This document shows positions 1 to 9,005 of a stretch of DNA of 64,000 nt, piece after piece; within the stretch, counting starts at the first letter, position 1; every line of letters begins with the position of its first letter. The notes under the pieces were generated by a model that ran no database searches, had not been told where the DNA came from, and saw nothing but the letters and a program-made list of their open reading frames with translations. Source of the stretch: Candidatus Poribacteria bacterium. Lineage in GTDB: Bacteria > Poribacteria > WGA-4E > PCPOR2b. Made by a program: the position numbers and the translations under genes. The stretch covers positions 2,112,001-2,176,000 of the forward strand of contig OZ242351.1 in NCBI GenBank assembly GCA_965208675.1, given 5' to 3'.

Positions 1-429
1 AGTTTGGTCCCACTTAATCGAAGGGGTCATTGGCAAAGCGAGATAGATGATCGCTTCGCCGTGCACTTCCCGTGGAATACGCCCATGCGGAATGCTATTC
101 ACTGGCAATTTGGCGGGGAACAGATTTGGATGCATCGACCCTCGGAAACTCTGGGCAGGTGGGAACATTGGGCATTTGTATGCAGCGCACGCCGAAATTT
201 CATGAAAATATACAGAAATGGGTCCGAGGTGGCGTGGTATAAGAGTGCGGACCAATATTCTCCCCGTACTGCGGATTTGCACATCGGCGGGCGGCCTGCA
301 TCCTTGTGGGGTGGTACGTTTGGCGGTATTATCGACGAGTTCGCTGTTTTCAACGTTGCGCTTAGCGAGCGCGAAATCGTAGCCTTGATGGGCGGAATTC
401 GAAATACCGTCTCGCCGTTGAAACCGTGA
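1..429 (+). CDS. LamG-like/concanavalin A jellyroll domain protein, C-terminal part (5' end outside window)
   Basis: Frame is open from base 1. Motifs W-x-H-W-A-F-V, IYRNG, LHIGG and FGGIIDEFAVFNVALSEREI are typical of Laminin_G_3 domains. Confidence 0.8.
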   Translation, partial: SLVPLNRRGHWQSEIDDRFAVHFPWNTPMRNAIHWQFGGEQIWMHRPSETLGRWEHWAFVCSARRNFMKIYRNGSEVAWYKSADQYSPRTADLHIGGRPASLWGGTFGGIIDEFAVFNVALSEREIVALMGGIRNTVSPLKP

Positions 430-451
430 TGCGGGCTGGCGCGGTAGTTTT

Positions 452-550
452 TGTAGGTTGGGTCAAGCGATCAACTCATCGGATAAAACAAGCGACGGCA
501 TAAGGAGTGCGATAGCGATTTTAGGCGATAGTTTTCTGCGAAACCCAACC
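452..550. repeat. GTAG-type REP-like element (TGTAGGTTGGGT ... GAAACCCAACC)
   Basis: Left end matches the element at 9900-10195. Inverted AACCCAACC near 542-550. Confidence 0.6.
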
Positions 551-580
551 CATCACTGTCCTTGATAAACCGCTGCGAAC

Positions 581-1897
581 TCATCGCAAATTGCCTCGCT
601 TCAGCCAATTAGACATACTTCGATCCCACCTCCACGAGGACAATTCACCTTTATAACCAAATTCGTTCCGGTTGAATCCTAGCTTCACCCATTCCGAGCT
701 GTCCGTGCTAAAGATACTGGCGACTCCCCCGTTTTCATTGACGCCGATCCCAGCTATCGAAAGCCCGTCCTTGCCAAAAGCAACGACACGCCCGCCGTGG
801 TCGTCAGTACCCAGAACCGACTGCGATTCCCCGTCTTTTCCAAAGGCAGCAACCTCGCCGCCGTATTCTGCGATCGCTAACCCCGCCTTCGAAAACCCGT
901 CCTTGCCAATAGCAACGACGCTCCCGCCATGTTCACCAATGCCTAGCGCCGCCCGCAATTCCCCGTCCTTGTCAAAGGCAGAAACACGCCCGCCGTATTC
1001 TCCAATTCCGAGCACCGCTCCCGATTTGCCGTCCTTGCCAAAGGCCGCAACACCCGTGCCGTGTTCTGTGCCCCCAAGCATCGCCCCCGATTCCCCGTCT
1101 TTTCCAACGGCATCAACGCTCCCGCCGTAATCTGTGATTCCCATCCCCGCCCGATATTTCCCGTCCTTGTCAAAGGCAACAACACTCCCGCCGTGTTCAT
1201 CAATACCGAGCACCGACTGCGATTTCCCGTCTTTGCCGATTGCGGCAACACTCCCGCCGTGTTCACGGGTAGCGAGCATCGCCCTCGGTTTCCCGTTTTT
1301 GCTTAAGGCAACTACGCGCCCGCCATGTTCATCAACACCGAGCCCCGCCCGCAATTTCCCGTCCCTGCCAGCGGCGGCAACACTCCCGCCGTGTTCATTA
1401 ACACCGAAAACCGCTCCCGATATCCCATCCTTGCCAAAGGCTTCAAAACTCCCGCCGTATTCTCCGATTCGGAGCCCCGCCATCGGCTTCCCGCCCTTGT
1501 CAAAGGCACCTACGCTCCCGCCGTTTTCATCAGTACCGAGAACCGCCTTCGATTTCCCGTCTTTGCCGATTGCGGCGACACCGCCGCCGTACTCTGTGAC
1601 TAATAACCCCGCCTTCGAAAACCCGTCTTTGCCAACGGCAGCAACGCCTCCGCCATGTTCAAGAACGACGAGGTTTATTACAGGAACACCCGCTTTATCA
1701 AAAACGACCACCTCGCCCCCGTCCTCAGACATCCCCAAGCTAACGACTGTCTTGCCCTCGTCGTCAACAATATTTAGCCGTTCACAACTAAACGTCTTTG
1801 CACTGTTCATCGTGCGGCTACACCCGCTCAACACTCCAGCACCTACAATCATGCCTCCAATCACCATAGTTGCCATTATCTCTCTCGTTACCTTCAT
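581..1897 (-). CDS. Predicted lipoprotein with ~15-16 tandem 22-aa Gly-rich repeats (GGxVxAxGKDGxxxAxLGxxEx)
   Basis: Hydrophobic N-terminus ending in lipobox LSGC, AGGAGG RBS, and clear 66-nt/22-aa periodicity. Confidence 0.85.
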   Translation of the reverse strand: MKVTREIMATMVIGGMIVGAGVLSGCSRTMNSAKTFSCERLNIVDDEGKTVVSLGMSEDGGEVVVFDKAGVPVINLVVLEHGGGVAAVGKDGFSKAGLLVTEYGGGVAAIGKDGKSKAVLGTDENGGSVGAFDKGGKPMAGLRIGEYGGSFEAFGKDGISGAVFGVNEHGGSVAAAGRDGKLRAGLGVDEHGGRVVALSKNGKPRAMLATREHGGSVAAIGKDGKSQSVLGIDEHGGSVVAFDKDGKYRAGMGITDYGGSVDAVGKDGESGAMLGGTEHGTGVAAFGKDGKSGAVLGIGEYGGRVSAFDKDGELRAALGIGEHGGSVVAIGKDGFSKAGLAIAEYGGEVAAFGKDGESQSVLGTDDHGGRVVAFGKDGLSIAGIGVNENGGVASIFSTDSSEWVKLGFNRNEFGYKGELSSWRWDRSMSNWLKRGNLR

Positions 1898-1930
1898 CGA
1901 ATGTCCTCCTAGAGTTTGTAGTTTGCGCTA

Positions 1931-2500
1931 CTACCGCCGATAACCGTTCTTATCCCACGTGTACACAGTACCGTTGCCGTATTCGTTGATGCCCATGCTA
2001 GCCCCGCCCTCGCTTTTACCCGTAACGTCTATACGACCGCCGTCCTCATCGATACCGAGTCCCACAAGCGATTTCCCATCCTTACCCCAAACGCCTATAT
2101 GGCCGCCGTTCTCAGCGCTACGGAGTCCCACAAGCGATTTCCCATCTTTACCCATAACGTCTATACGGCCGCCGTACTCATTGGTACCGAGGCCCGCACC
2201 CGGTTTCCCGTCTTTACCCTTAACAGTTATAATGCCGCCGTACTCTTCTTTGGTAAAGAGTCCCACAACCGGTTTCCCATCATTGCCACAGACGGCTATA
2301 TACCCGCCATCTTCCTCCGTCATAAGTACCACCAGTGGTCTCTCGCTGCCGTCTTTACTCACGACCGTCAACTTAGTACACTCAATCTCCCCTAACTTAT
2401 CCCGCTGCGCCGTTACCGGCGACACCAACAACGCCGTCAACAAACTCCCGATGACCCCGCCAACAATCCCGCTTAAAACCAGATAGTGTTTTGAATTCAC
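1931..2500 (-). CDS. Secreted/membrane-anchored paralog with ~5-6 of the same 22-aa repeats
   Basis: GTG at 2500 preceded by AAAGGAGG. Signal-like N-terminus, IECTKLTVV head similar to FSCERLNIV of the neighbour, and GGxIxVxGKDGK repeats. Confidence 0.85.
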   Translation of the reverse strand: MNSKHYLVLSGIVGGVIGSLLTALLVSPVTAQRDKLGEIECTKLTVVSKDGSERPLVVLMTEEDGGYIAVCGNDGKPVVGLFTKEEYGGIITVKGKDGKPGAGLGTNEYGGRIDVMGKDGKSLVGLRSAENGGHIGVWGKDGKSLVGLGIDEDGGRIDVTGKSEGGASMGINEYGNGTVYTWDKNGYRR

Positions 2501-2897
2501 TGCAAATCCTCCTTTGTGGAATAACATTCCCTAGCGTCTGGCGTCCCGTTTGTTTTGACATTGTCTCGCCGCCGCCGTTGGCGCTGTTTGAAATCTCCCT
2601 GCGAAATTAGAAAGTTAGTTTTATCCGTCCACGCAAAATTATACTATACAAATGTTTAGTCTGTCCACCAGATTTTCATTTTTTTTCGGCATCACTGTAT
2701 GCGGTGTCGCGTTCGTAAGTTGCGCAAAGTCTACGGTGCGATAACCAACCCTCCTTACCGCAAATTAAAAAACGCCCGGTGTAAATATTTTGTGTGTAAT
2801 GTAAAGTTTTTTCTTATTATTTAAAAAAAAGAGCCTACATGGCTATTTCATACACTATTAAATTGTCCAGTGTCTTACATTTTGAATGAAAACACCC

Positions 2898-2926
2898 TTG
2901 ACAGATCTCTTTCCATCGAGTATTAT
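2898..2926 (+). promoter_or_regulatory. Sigma70-type promoter upstream of the terminase pair
   Basis: TTGACA(2898-2903)-17 nt-TATTAT(2921-2926). Confidence 0.7.
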
Positions 2927-2990
2927 ATCAACAGTAGCGTACGCGCCGGGTAACCGCGCCGCGATTTACAACTAAATATAAAACTATTCG

Positions 2991-3050
2991 AAAAGGCAAA
3001 CCCGCGAGGCAGCCTTATCAAGTGATGCTGAGGGTTTGCCTTTTTTTTTT
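2991..3050 (+). terminator. Intrinsic terminator/attenuator in the leader of the terminase pair
   Basis: AAAAGGCAAACCC(2991-3003) pairs with GGGTTTGCCTTTT(3032-3044), with a T10 tract at 3041-3050. Confidence 0.7.
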
Positions 3051-3090
3051 GAATTGCGCATCGAGGTTTGGGCGGCATGTGCTAATCCAT

Positions 3091-3125
3091 GTATCTAGGT
3101 GGGAAAAGTATCTAGGTGGGGAAAA
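3091..3125 (+). repeat. Tandem direct repeat GTATCTAGGTGGG(G)AAAA x2
   Basis: Read directly. Copies start at 3091 and 3108. Confidence 0.8.
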
Positions 3126-3250
3126 AACAATCCGTTGTAATTTGTAATTCGATAATCCGCTCTACGACTAGCATTCGGCGATCCCGAAATTACAACGTTG
3201 TAAGGCGTTGTAAATTTAATCATAACCAATCGCCTCGCTGAGGTCATAAA

Positions 3251-3814
3251 ATGTGCGATAAATCAACTTGGTTGGAAGCCTTGAAAGGCGAAGACATTCG
3301 AAAAAACATCGCCTACAACATTCAGCGGTACGGTACCAAAAATACCGTTGAAGCCATCTACGATGATCCGAACTTCGCGACTTGCAGAACCGGTAACGCC
3401 GCGCAGGATCGGCGCGCAATCCATAACGCAATCCAAGTCTGCAATCCCAAAAACCGAGACCGGTTCAACTCACAGAAATATGGCGCCGCCGTCGCGGACG
3501 CCGTCAGAGATCAGCTCGAATTCGCAGTCGCTGAACACCTGCCGGACATTGAACAGTCCCTCAAGCGCATGCGCGACGTTGACGACTTGGCTGTCACAGC
3601 AGAAAATATTGATGAACTTAAGCTGCTTAGATTGAGGTTGCAGATTCATGAGAAATATAGATCAGCCTTATTCTCCCTCACCGGGCCTATTCGCGTCTAC
3701 GAGCGCCAACCTGGCGACTCGGGCGCCGGTGCAGCCCGACCCCAAATTAATTCGGGAGATTCGGGCGAAAGACTCCCTGAGCCCCCGAAATCGTTACGAG
3801 TCGATTCGGAGTAA
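3251..3814 (+). CDS. Hypothetical helical protein, candidate terminase small subunit
   Basis: GAGGT RBS, directly upstream of and overlapping the large terminase. Assignment is positional only. Confidence 0.45.
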   Translation: MCDKSTWLEALKGEDIRKNIAYNIQRYGTKNTVEAIYDDPNFATCRTGNAAQDRRAIHNAIQVCNPKNRDRFNSQKYGAAVADAVRDQLEFAVAEHLPDIEQSLKRMRDVDDLAVTAENIDELKLLRLRLQIHEKYRSALFSLTGPIRVYERQPGDSGAGAARPQINSGDSGERLPEPPKSLRVDSE

Positions 3815-5537
3815 AGGCTTGATTCATAACAAGGAAGAACGTAAGCTAGTCGTCCACATGGCTTACATCGATCCGGAGTTCTTTGTCGAACGCTATCTGC
3901 TCGACCCGCACGACATGTCGCCGTTGCAGCCGCATCATGTCGAACTCCTAAACCTCATCCCGTATAATGAAACCGGCGTCAAAGTCAACGTCCAAGCGCC
4001 GCGCGGCTCAGCGAAGACAACCTGCTGCGCTATCTGGTACCCGCTCTGGAGAATCTGTTTCAAAGACTTTCAGCTCGCTGAAGGCGTTCCGGACGAAAAA
4101 TTTATCCTCCTAATCAGTCGAAACGAAGGAATGGCGCAAGGTATACTTCGTGACATCAAGGAACTAATGGATACACCGGGAATTGTCGAAGACTTTGGAA
4201 TTCTGCGCGGCCCCGTATGGAAAATGGATGAATGCGAGACCGCAAACGGCGTCACCCTCGTGCCCCGCGGACGTAACCAATCACCGCGCGGCTCGCTCGT
4301 CCGCGGCAAACGCCCGTCGCTGCTCATCGTCGATGACCTAGAAGACACCGAACGCTGCATGAACCCCAAGCTGCGTCAAAACGATTGGGATTGGCTGTTC
4401 TCGGATGTCATGTTTACGTCCGACATCAGCGGGAACATCAACTGTATCTACGTCGACACCGTCAAACACCCGGAAAGCATTTCCATGCGGTTGACCAAGA
4501 CGCCCGGATGGAAAAATGTCCACTTCAAAGCCATTAAAGAACCCGAAGACCTCTACCACCCGACCCACGAACATCTCTGGAAAGAATGGGCAGGAATTTA
4601 TGGAGACATGACGCTCAATGACGTAGAGCGAGACGCGAAGGCTGACGAATTCTATAACGCCCACGCTGCAGAAATGAACGCTGGCGTCATTGCGCTCTGG
4701 CCCGAACGGTTGCCGTTTCTCGAAGTCCGTAAGATGGTTGTTGAGCGTGGATATCACTTCTGTTTGAGGGAACTGCAAAATATCGCCCGCGATCCCAGTA
4801 TGTCGCTGTTTGATATGGAAAACGCCATGACGTTCCGGGTGCATGAGCGCGGCTTGTTACGGAAGGACGGTCGAATCGTCGAATGGAGCCAAATCAGCGG
4901 CTTCACCACCTACCTCGACACCATGGGCGGGCGCGACGTACCCGATAATTCGTACGCTTGTGCCGTCGTCCTCGCCTGGGAGCCGTTGCCGGGTGATAAC
5001 TGGTCCAACTCCAACTCGATGGCGGGTATGAACGGGTATGTCCTGCTCTGCTGGCTGGATCGTAAAGGGCTAACCGAACAGTTCGACTACGCCATCCAGT
5101 ACCACCAGCGCGCGCATGCCATGCTGCACAAAGCCGTGCCGGAATCCAAGTTTTTCGTTGAATTGCCGCCTGACAAAGATTACACCATCCGCAGCGCTTA
5201 CTATTCCGCATTCAATTCCATGCGGCAAAAGCACCGGTTCGAAACGCCATTGGGTTTCCATTCCCAAACGCAGAAGAAGGAGGCGCGTATCGAAACGCTG
5301 GAACCCTCGATAAAAAACGGCTGGCTCGCCTTCAACGGGGTCGGCCTTCCCGGCGAGTTCTGGCAACAGTTCCGCGAGTTCCCGACCGCCGATCACAACG
5401 ACGCCCCGGACGCCGTGCAGGGCGCGTGCCGCGCGCGTATCTACAAATCTGAACGAATCCGCAACGCTAGACGGTATCAAGACCCCGATCTCGAAGAATG
5501 GTACCGTGCAACCCGATACAGAACCGTGCGCTTTTAA
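3648..5537 (+). CDS. Phage terminase large subunit-like protein (true start uncertain, between 3648 and ~3858)
   Basis: Walker A APRGSAKTT, Walker B RPSLLIVDDLE, RNase H-like nuclease with YLD and C-terminal HNDAPDAV, plus KKEARIETLEP. Confidence 0.85.
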   Translation: MRNIDQPYSPSPGLFASTSANLATRAPVQPDPKLIREIRAKDSLSPRNRYESIRSKGLIHNKEERKLVVHMAYIDPEFFVERYLLDPHDMSPLQPHHVELLNLIPYNETGVKVNVQAPRGSAKTTCCAIWYPLWRICFKDFQLAEGVPDEKFILLISRNEGMAQGILRDIKELMDTPGIVEDFGILRGPVWKMDECETANGVTLVPRGRNQSPRGSLVRGKRPSLLIVDDLEDTERCMNPKLRQNDWDWLFSDVMFTSDISGNINCIYVDTVKHPESISMRLTKTPGWKNVHFKAIKEPEDLYHPTHEHLWKEWAGIYGDMTLNDVERDAKADEFYNAHAAEMNAGVIALWPERLPFLEVRKMVVERGYHFCLRELQNIARDPSMSLFDMENAMTFRVHERGLLRKDGRIVEWSQISGFTTYLDTMGGRDVPDNSYACAVVLAWEPLPGDNWSNSNSMAGMNGYVLLCWLDRKGLTEQFDYAIQYHQRAHAMLHKAVPESKFFVELPPDKDYTIRSAYYSAFNSMRQKHRFETPLGFHSQTQKKEARIETLEPSIKNGWLAFNGVGLPGEFWQQFREFPTADHNDAPDAVQGACRARIYKSERIRNARRYQDPDLEEWYRATRYRTVRF

Positions 5538-5539
5538 CC

Positions 5540-5782
5540 CGCAAAAATCTCCCCCTTACCGAGGGGGAGTTAGAGGGGGTTCGGTGCAACACATTGATGT
5601 AGGAGCGGCTTCCCAGCCTCGATTGTCAATTAGGCGATTCCTCCTCGCGCAAACATGAACCGACATGACGATAGAAGGGATTCGGTACAACTCAAATTTT
5701 CAGCCCAATTCTTAAATTAAACCCTCGCTGTGCCGGCAATCGCAAAATCCTCCCCCTTTACAAGGGGGAGCTAGAGGGGGTT
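5540..5782. repeat. Two copies of a CCCCCTT..AGGGGGAG.TAGAGGGGGTT palindromic repeat (5540-5581, 5741-5782) flanking a GTAGGAGCG REP-like unit
   Basis: Near-identical ~42-nt units read directly. Confidence 0.75.
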
Positions 5783-5908
5783 GGGTTCAAGATTAAATCC
5801 GAGATCGAACCTTCAATTTAAGCCAGTATACTTGATGTCTCTCTGCCTTCACCCTTGACTTATGTTTAGCCACAATGCAATAATCTAGTAAAACCAATCC
5901 GAAAAACA

Positions 5909-8900
5909 ATGCCAACCCTCAACCTAAAACCCACCCACAAACCCATCAAGAATTACTACGCCGCACTCGATCAATTCGACCGCCTCGGCGTTACGCACGA
6001 AACCGCTGTCCGCTCGGCATTTCAATCCCTGCTTCAACACTACGGGGGAAAACTAAAATGGACCCTAGTCCCGGAATATCCGATTAATCGTCAAGGCAGC
6101 CGAATTGTCGTTGACGGCGCACTGATTGACATCTTTAACTTAAATCACGGCTACTGGGAGGCGAAAGACATCCACGACGACCTGCCGTCCGAGGTGATGC
6201 GAAAATTTGAGGCCGGCTATCCGCGTGACAACATCCTCTTCCAGACCCCGCATCGCGCAATCCTCTGGCAAAACGCCCAGCCGGTGCTTGATGCTGACCT
6301 CACAAACTCGAAAGACCTGATAGGAACGCTTGAAACCTTCTTCTCCCACCACGCTCCGGAATACACAGATTGGGAAGAGGCGGTCGCGCACTTCAAAACG
6401 GTTGTGCCCGAACTCGGTGAATCCTTGGCAAACCTCATAAAATCCGAGCGGGAGTCAAATGATCGGCTTAAACCCGCTTTCAGAGCGTTCTACGAGAAAT
6501 GTCGTCAAGCCATCAATCCAAACCTCTCCGAAGCCGCAGTCGAGGAGATGCTAATCCAGCACCTCTTGACCGAACGCATCTTTCGCACCGTCTTCGACAA
6601 CCCCGATTTCACCCGCCGCAACGTCATCGCCGTAGAAATAGAAAAGGTTATTGATGCACTCACGTCGGCGTCGTTCAGCCGCGATAGCTTTCTACACAGC
6701 CTCGACCACTTCTACGCTGCGATCGAACGCACCGCTGCGACCATCAGTGACTTTTCCCAAAAACAAGGTTTTCTCAACACCGTATACGAGCAGTTTTTTC
6801 AAGGCTTCTCGGTGAAGGTTGCAGACACGCACGGAATTGTCTACACCCCGCAGCCGATTGTCGATTTCATGGTGAGTAGCGTTGAGGAGATTCTAAAAGC
6901 AGAATTCAATCGATCGCTCTCCGATTCCGGCGTCCACATTATTGACCCGTTTGTGGGCACCGGAAATTTCATCGTGCGAATCATGCGCGAGATTCGACGC
7001 ACCGCGCTAGCGGAAAAGTATCAGTCCGAACTCCACTGCAATGAGGTGATGCTGCTGCCGTACTACATCGCCTCAATGAATATCGAGCATGAGTATTTCA
7101 TGGCTACCGGAAGGTATCACCCTTTTGAGGGCATCTGTTTCGTTGATACCTTTGAGTTAGTAGAAGACCCCGATGACTATCAATCTCTGTTTGAAGCGGA
7201 AAATACCCGCCGCATTGAAAATCAGAACGAGTCTCCGATGTTTGTTGTTGTCGGAAATCCCCCTTACAACGCCGGTCAGATTAACGAAAACGACAACAAC
7301 AAAAATCGAGACTATGACGCGATGAACGAACGGATTAAGACAACTTATGCCAAAAGATTCAAAGCGAGCCAAACAAGAAAAGTTTACGACCCCTATGTAA
7401 AAGCAATTCGGTGGGCATCGGACCGCATTGAAAACGAAGGCATTGTCGCATTCATAACGAATAACAGCTTTATTGATGATTTGAGTTTTGATGGAATGAG
7501 GAAACTACTAGCGGACGATTTTGGCGCAATTTACATCTTGGACCTCGGTGGCAACGCGCGCAAGGGGTTGAAGGTCTCCGACTCCAATGTGTTCGGGATT
7601 CAGGTTGGCGTAAGCATCACTTTTTTCATCAAATCTCGTGGCACTTCAAACTCCAAAGCCGAAATCTTCTATGCTCGTACAGACGAATCTTGGCGAAAGA
7701 TAGACACGTTTCGGTATCTGAATTCTAAGCGACACTACCGTAACATCGAATGGGAGCCAATCGCGCCAGACCGTCGACATACATGGCTCACCAAAGGGCT
7801 CCTATATGAATTTGAAACTTTTATCCCGTTAGGTGATAAGGAAGTAAAAGCAGCGAATGGTGAAGCCGTGGATTTGATTTTTAAGTCATTTAGTCTCGGT
7901 GTCAGCACGAATCGAGATTCGTGGTGTTACAATTTCAACCGAAACGCCTTGGTTGAAAACATAAGCCGGATGATGGATACCTACAATGCTGAGCTTGACA
8001 GGTGGAGGCGTCGTGAGAATCGGCAAATAACCGTTGATAATTTTGTGGATAATGATGTCACGAAGATTAAGTGGAGTGAAGGCTTAAAAAAGAAACTGCT
8101 GAGCGGACATATCTCTGAATTCAACAACGCAAAAATCCGACAATCCCTTTATCGCCCTTTTACAAAATTAAATCTCTACTTTGATCGAATGATGAACGAC
8201 CGAGTGCTCCTATTTCCATCCATTTTCCCCACACTGAAAAGTCAAACGGAAAATCTAGTGATTTGCCTGACTGACAAGGGTTCCGAGAAACCCTTTATGA
8301 TCATTATGAACCACCAACCAACAGATCTTCATGCTGTGGGCCCGGGTTGTGGTACCCAATGCTTCCCCTTCTACACCTACGATGAGGATGGCACAAACCG
8401 CCGGGAGAACATCACGAATTGGGCGTTGTCGCAATTCCGGACATATTACAGAGACAATACCATCGGCAAATGGGACATCTTTCATTACGTATATGGTCTG
8501 CTCCACCACCCGGAATATCGGGAGCGGTATGCTGCCAACCTCAAGCGCGACCTGCCCCGCCTCCCCTACGCGCCCGACTTCTGGGGGTTCGCCAATGCCG
8601 GCAAGCGCTTAGGAGAAATCCACGTCGGCTATGAAGACGTGAATGAATTTCCACTTGCCCAGATCGAAACACCAGATACACAGCTCGATTGGCGCGTTGA
8701 AAAGATGAAACTGTCCAAAGACAAAACCCAAATAAAATACAACGACTTCCTTACCCTCGACGGCATACCGGCAAAGGTGCTTGACTATCGCCTAGGAAAT
8801 AGATCTGCTTTGGAATGGGTAATTGACCAGTACCGCGTCAAAACCGACAAACGCAGCGGCATCGTCAATGACCCCAACCGCCTCGACGACCCAACATACA

Positions 8901-8986
8901 TCGTCAACCTCATCTCCAAAGTAATCACCGTCAGCCTCGAAACCGTTGACATCGTGGAAAGTTTGCCGGAATTGGGTTTAGAATAG
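5909..8986 (+). CDS. Fused restriction endonuclease/N6-adenine methyltransferase with type ISP-like C-terminal specificity domain (no helicase; type IIG-like)
   Basis: N-terminal VDG..WEAKD PD-(D/E)xK motif, motif I DPFVGTGNF, motif IV GNPPYN, and C-terminal YRLGNRSALEWVIDQY typical of type ISP TRD C-termini. Confidence 0.85.
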   Translation: MPTLNLKPTHKPIKNYYAALDQFDRLGVTHETAVRSAFQSLLQHYGGKLKWTLVPEYPINRQGSRIVVDGALIDIFNLNHGYWEAKDIHDDLPSEVMRKFEAGYPRDNILFQTPHRAILWQNAQPVLDADLTNSKDLIGTLETFFSHHAPEYTDWEEAVAHFKTVVPELGESLANLIKSERESNDRLKPAFRAFYEKCRQAINPNLSEAAVEEMLIQHLLTERIFRTVFDNPDFTRRNVIAVEIEKVIDALTSASFSRDSFLHSLDHFYAAIERTAATISDFSQKQGFLNTVYEQFFQGFSVKVADTHGIVYTPQPIVDFMVSSVEEILKAEFNRSLSDSGVHIIDPFVGTGNFIVRIMREIRRTALAEKYQSELHCNEVMLLPYYIASMNIEHEYFMATGRYHPFEGICFVDTFELVEDPDDYQSLFEAENTRRIENQNESPMFVVVGNPPYNAGQINENDNNKNRDYDAMNERIKTTYAKRFKASQTRKVYDPYVKAIRWASDRIENEGIVAFITNNSFIDDLSFDGMRKLLADDFGAIYILDLGGNARKGLKVSDSNVFGIQVGVSITFFIKSRGTSNSKAEIFYARTDESWRKIDTFRYLNSKRHYRNIEWEPIAPDRRHTWLTKGLLYEFETFIPLGDKEVKAANGEAVDLIFKSFSLGVSTNRDSWCYNFNRNALVENISRMMDTYNAELDRWRRRENRQITVDNFVDNDVTKIKWSEGLKKKLLSGHISEFNNAKIRQSLYRPFTKLNLYFDRMMNDRVLLFPSIFPTLKSQTENLVICLTDKGSEKPFMIIMNHQPTDLHAVGPGCGTQCFPFYTYDEDGTNRRENITNWALSQFRTYYRDNTIGKWDIFHYVYGLLHHPEYRERYAANLKRDLPRLPYAPDFWGFANAGKRLGEIHVGYEDVNEFPLAQIETPDTQLDWRVEKMKLSKDKTQIKYNDFLTLDGIPAKVLDYRLGNRSALEWVIDQYRVKTDKRSGIVNDPNRLDDPTYIVNLISKVITVSLETVDIVESLPELGLE

Positions 8987-9005
8987 AAAAGGAGGACATT
9001 CAGCC

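Noticed and set aside
672-2486. Long plus-strand Pro/Ser-rich ORFs (672-1130, 1134-1943, 1959-2486)
   Set aside because: They are antisense shadows of the Gly-rich repeat genes, which carry the RBS and signal peptides.
581-2500. 66-nt periodic repeats as a CRISPR array or DGR template/variable repeat
   Set aside because: The repeats are in-frame coding units without unique spacers. There is no cas or reverse transcriptase gene, and no adenine-specific TR/VR pair.
2985-3050. AAAGGCAAACCC as a c-di-GMP-I (GEMM) riboswitch
   Set aside because: It lacks the GNRA-capped P2 and the following GACGCAAA/P3 elements, and the motif is fully explained as a terminator stem arm.
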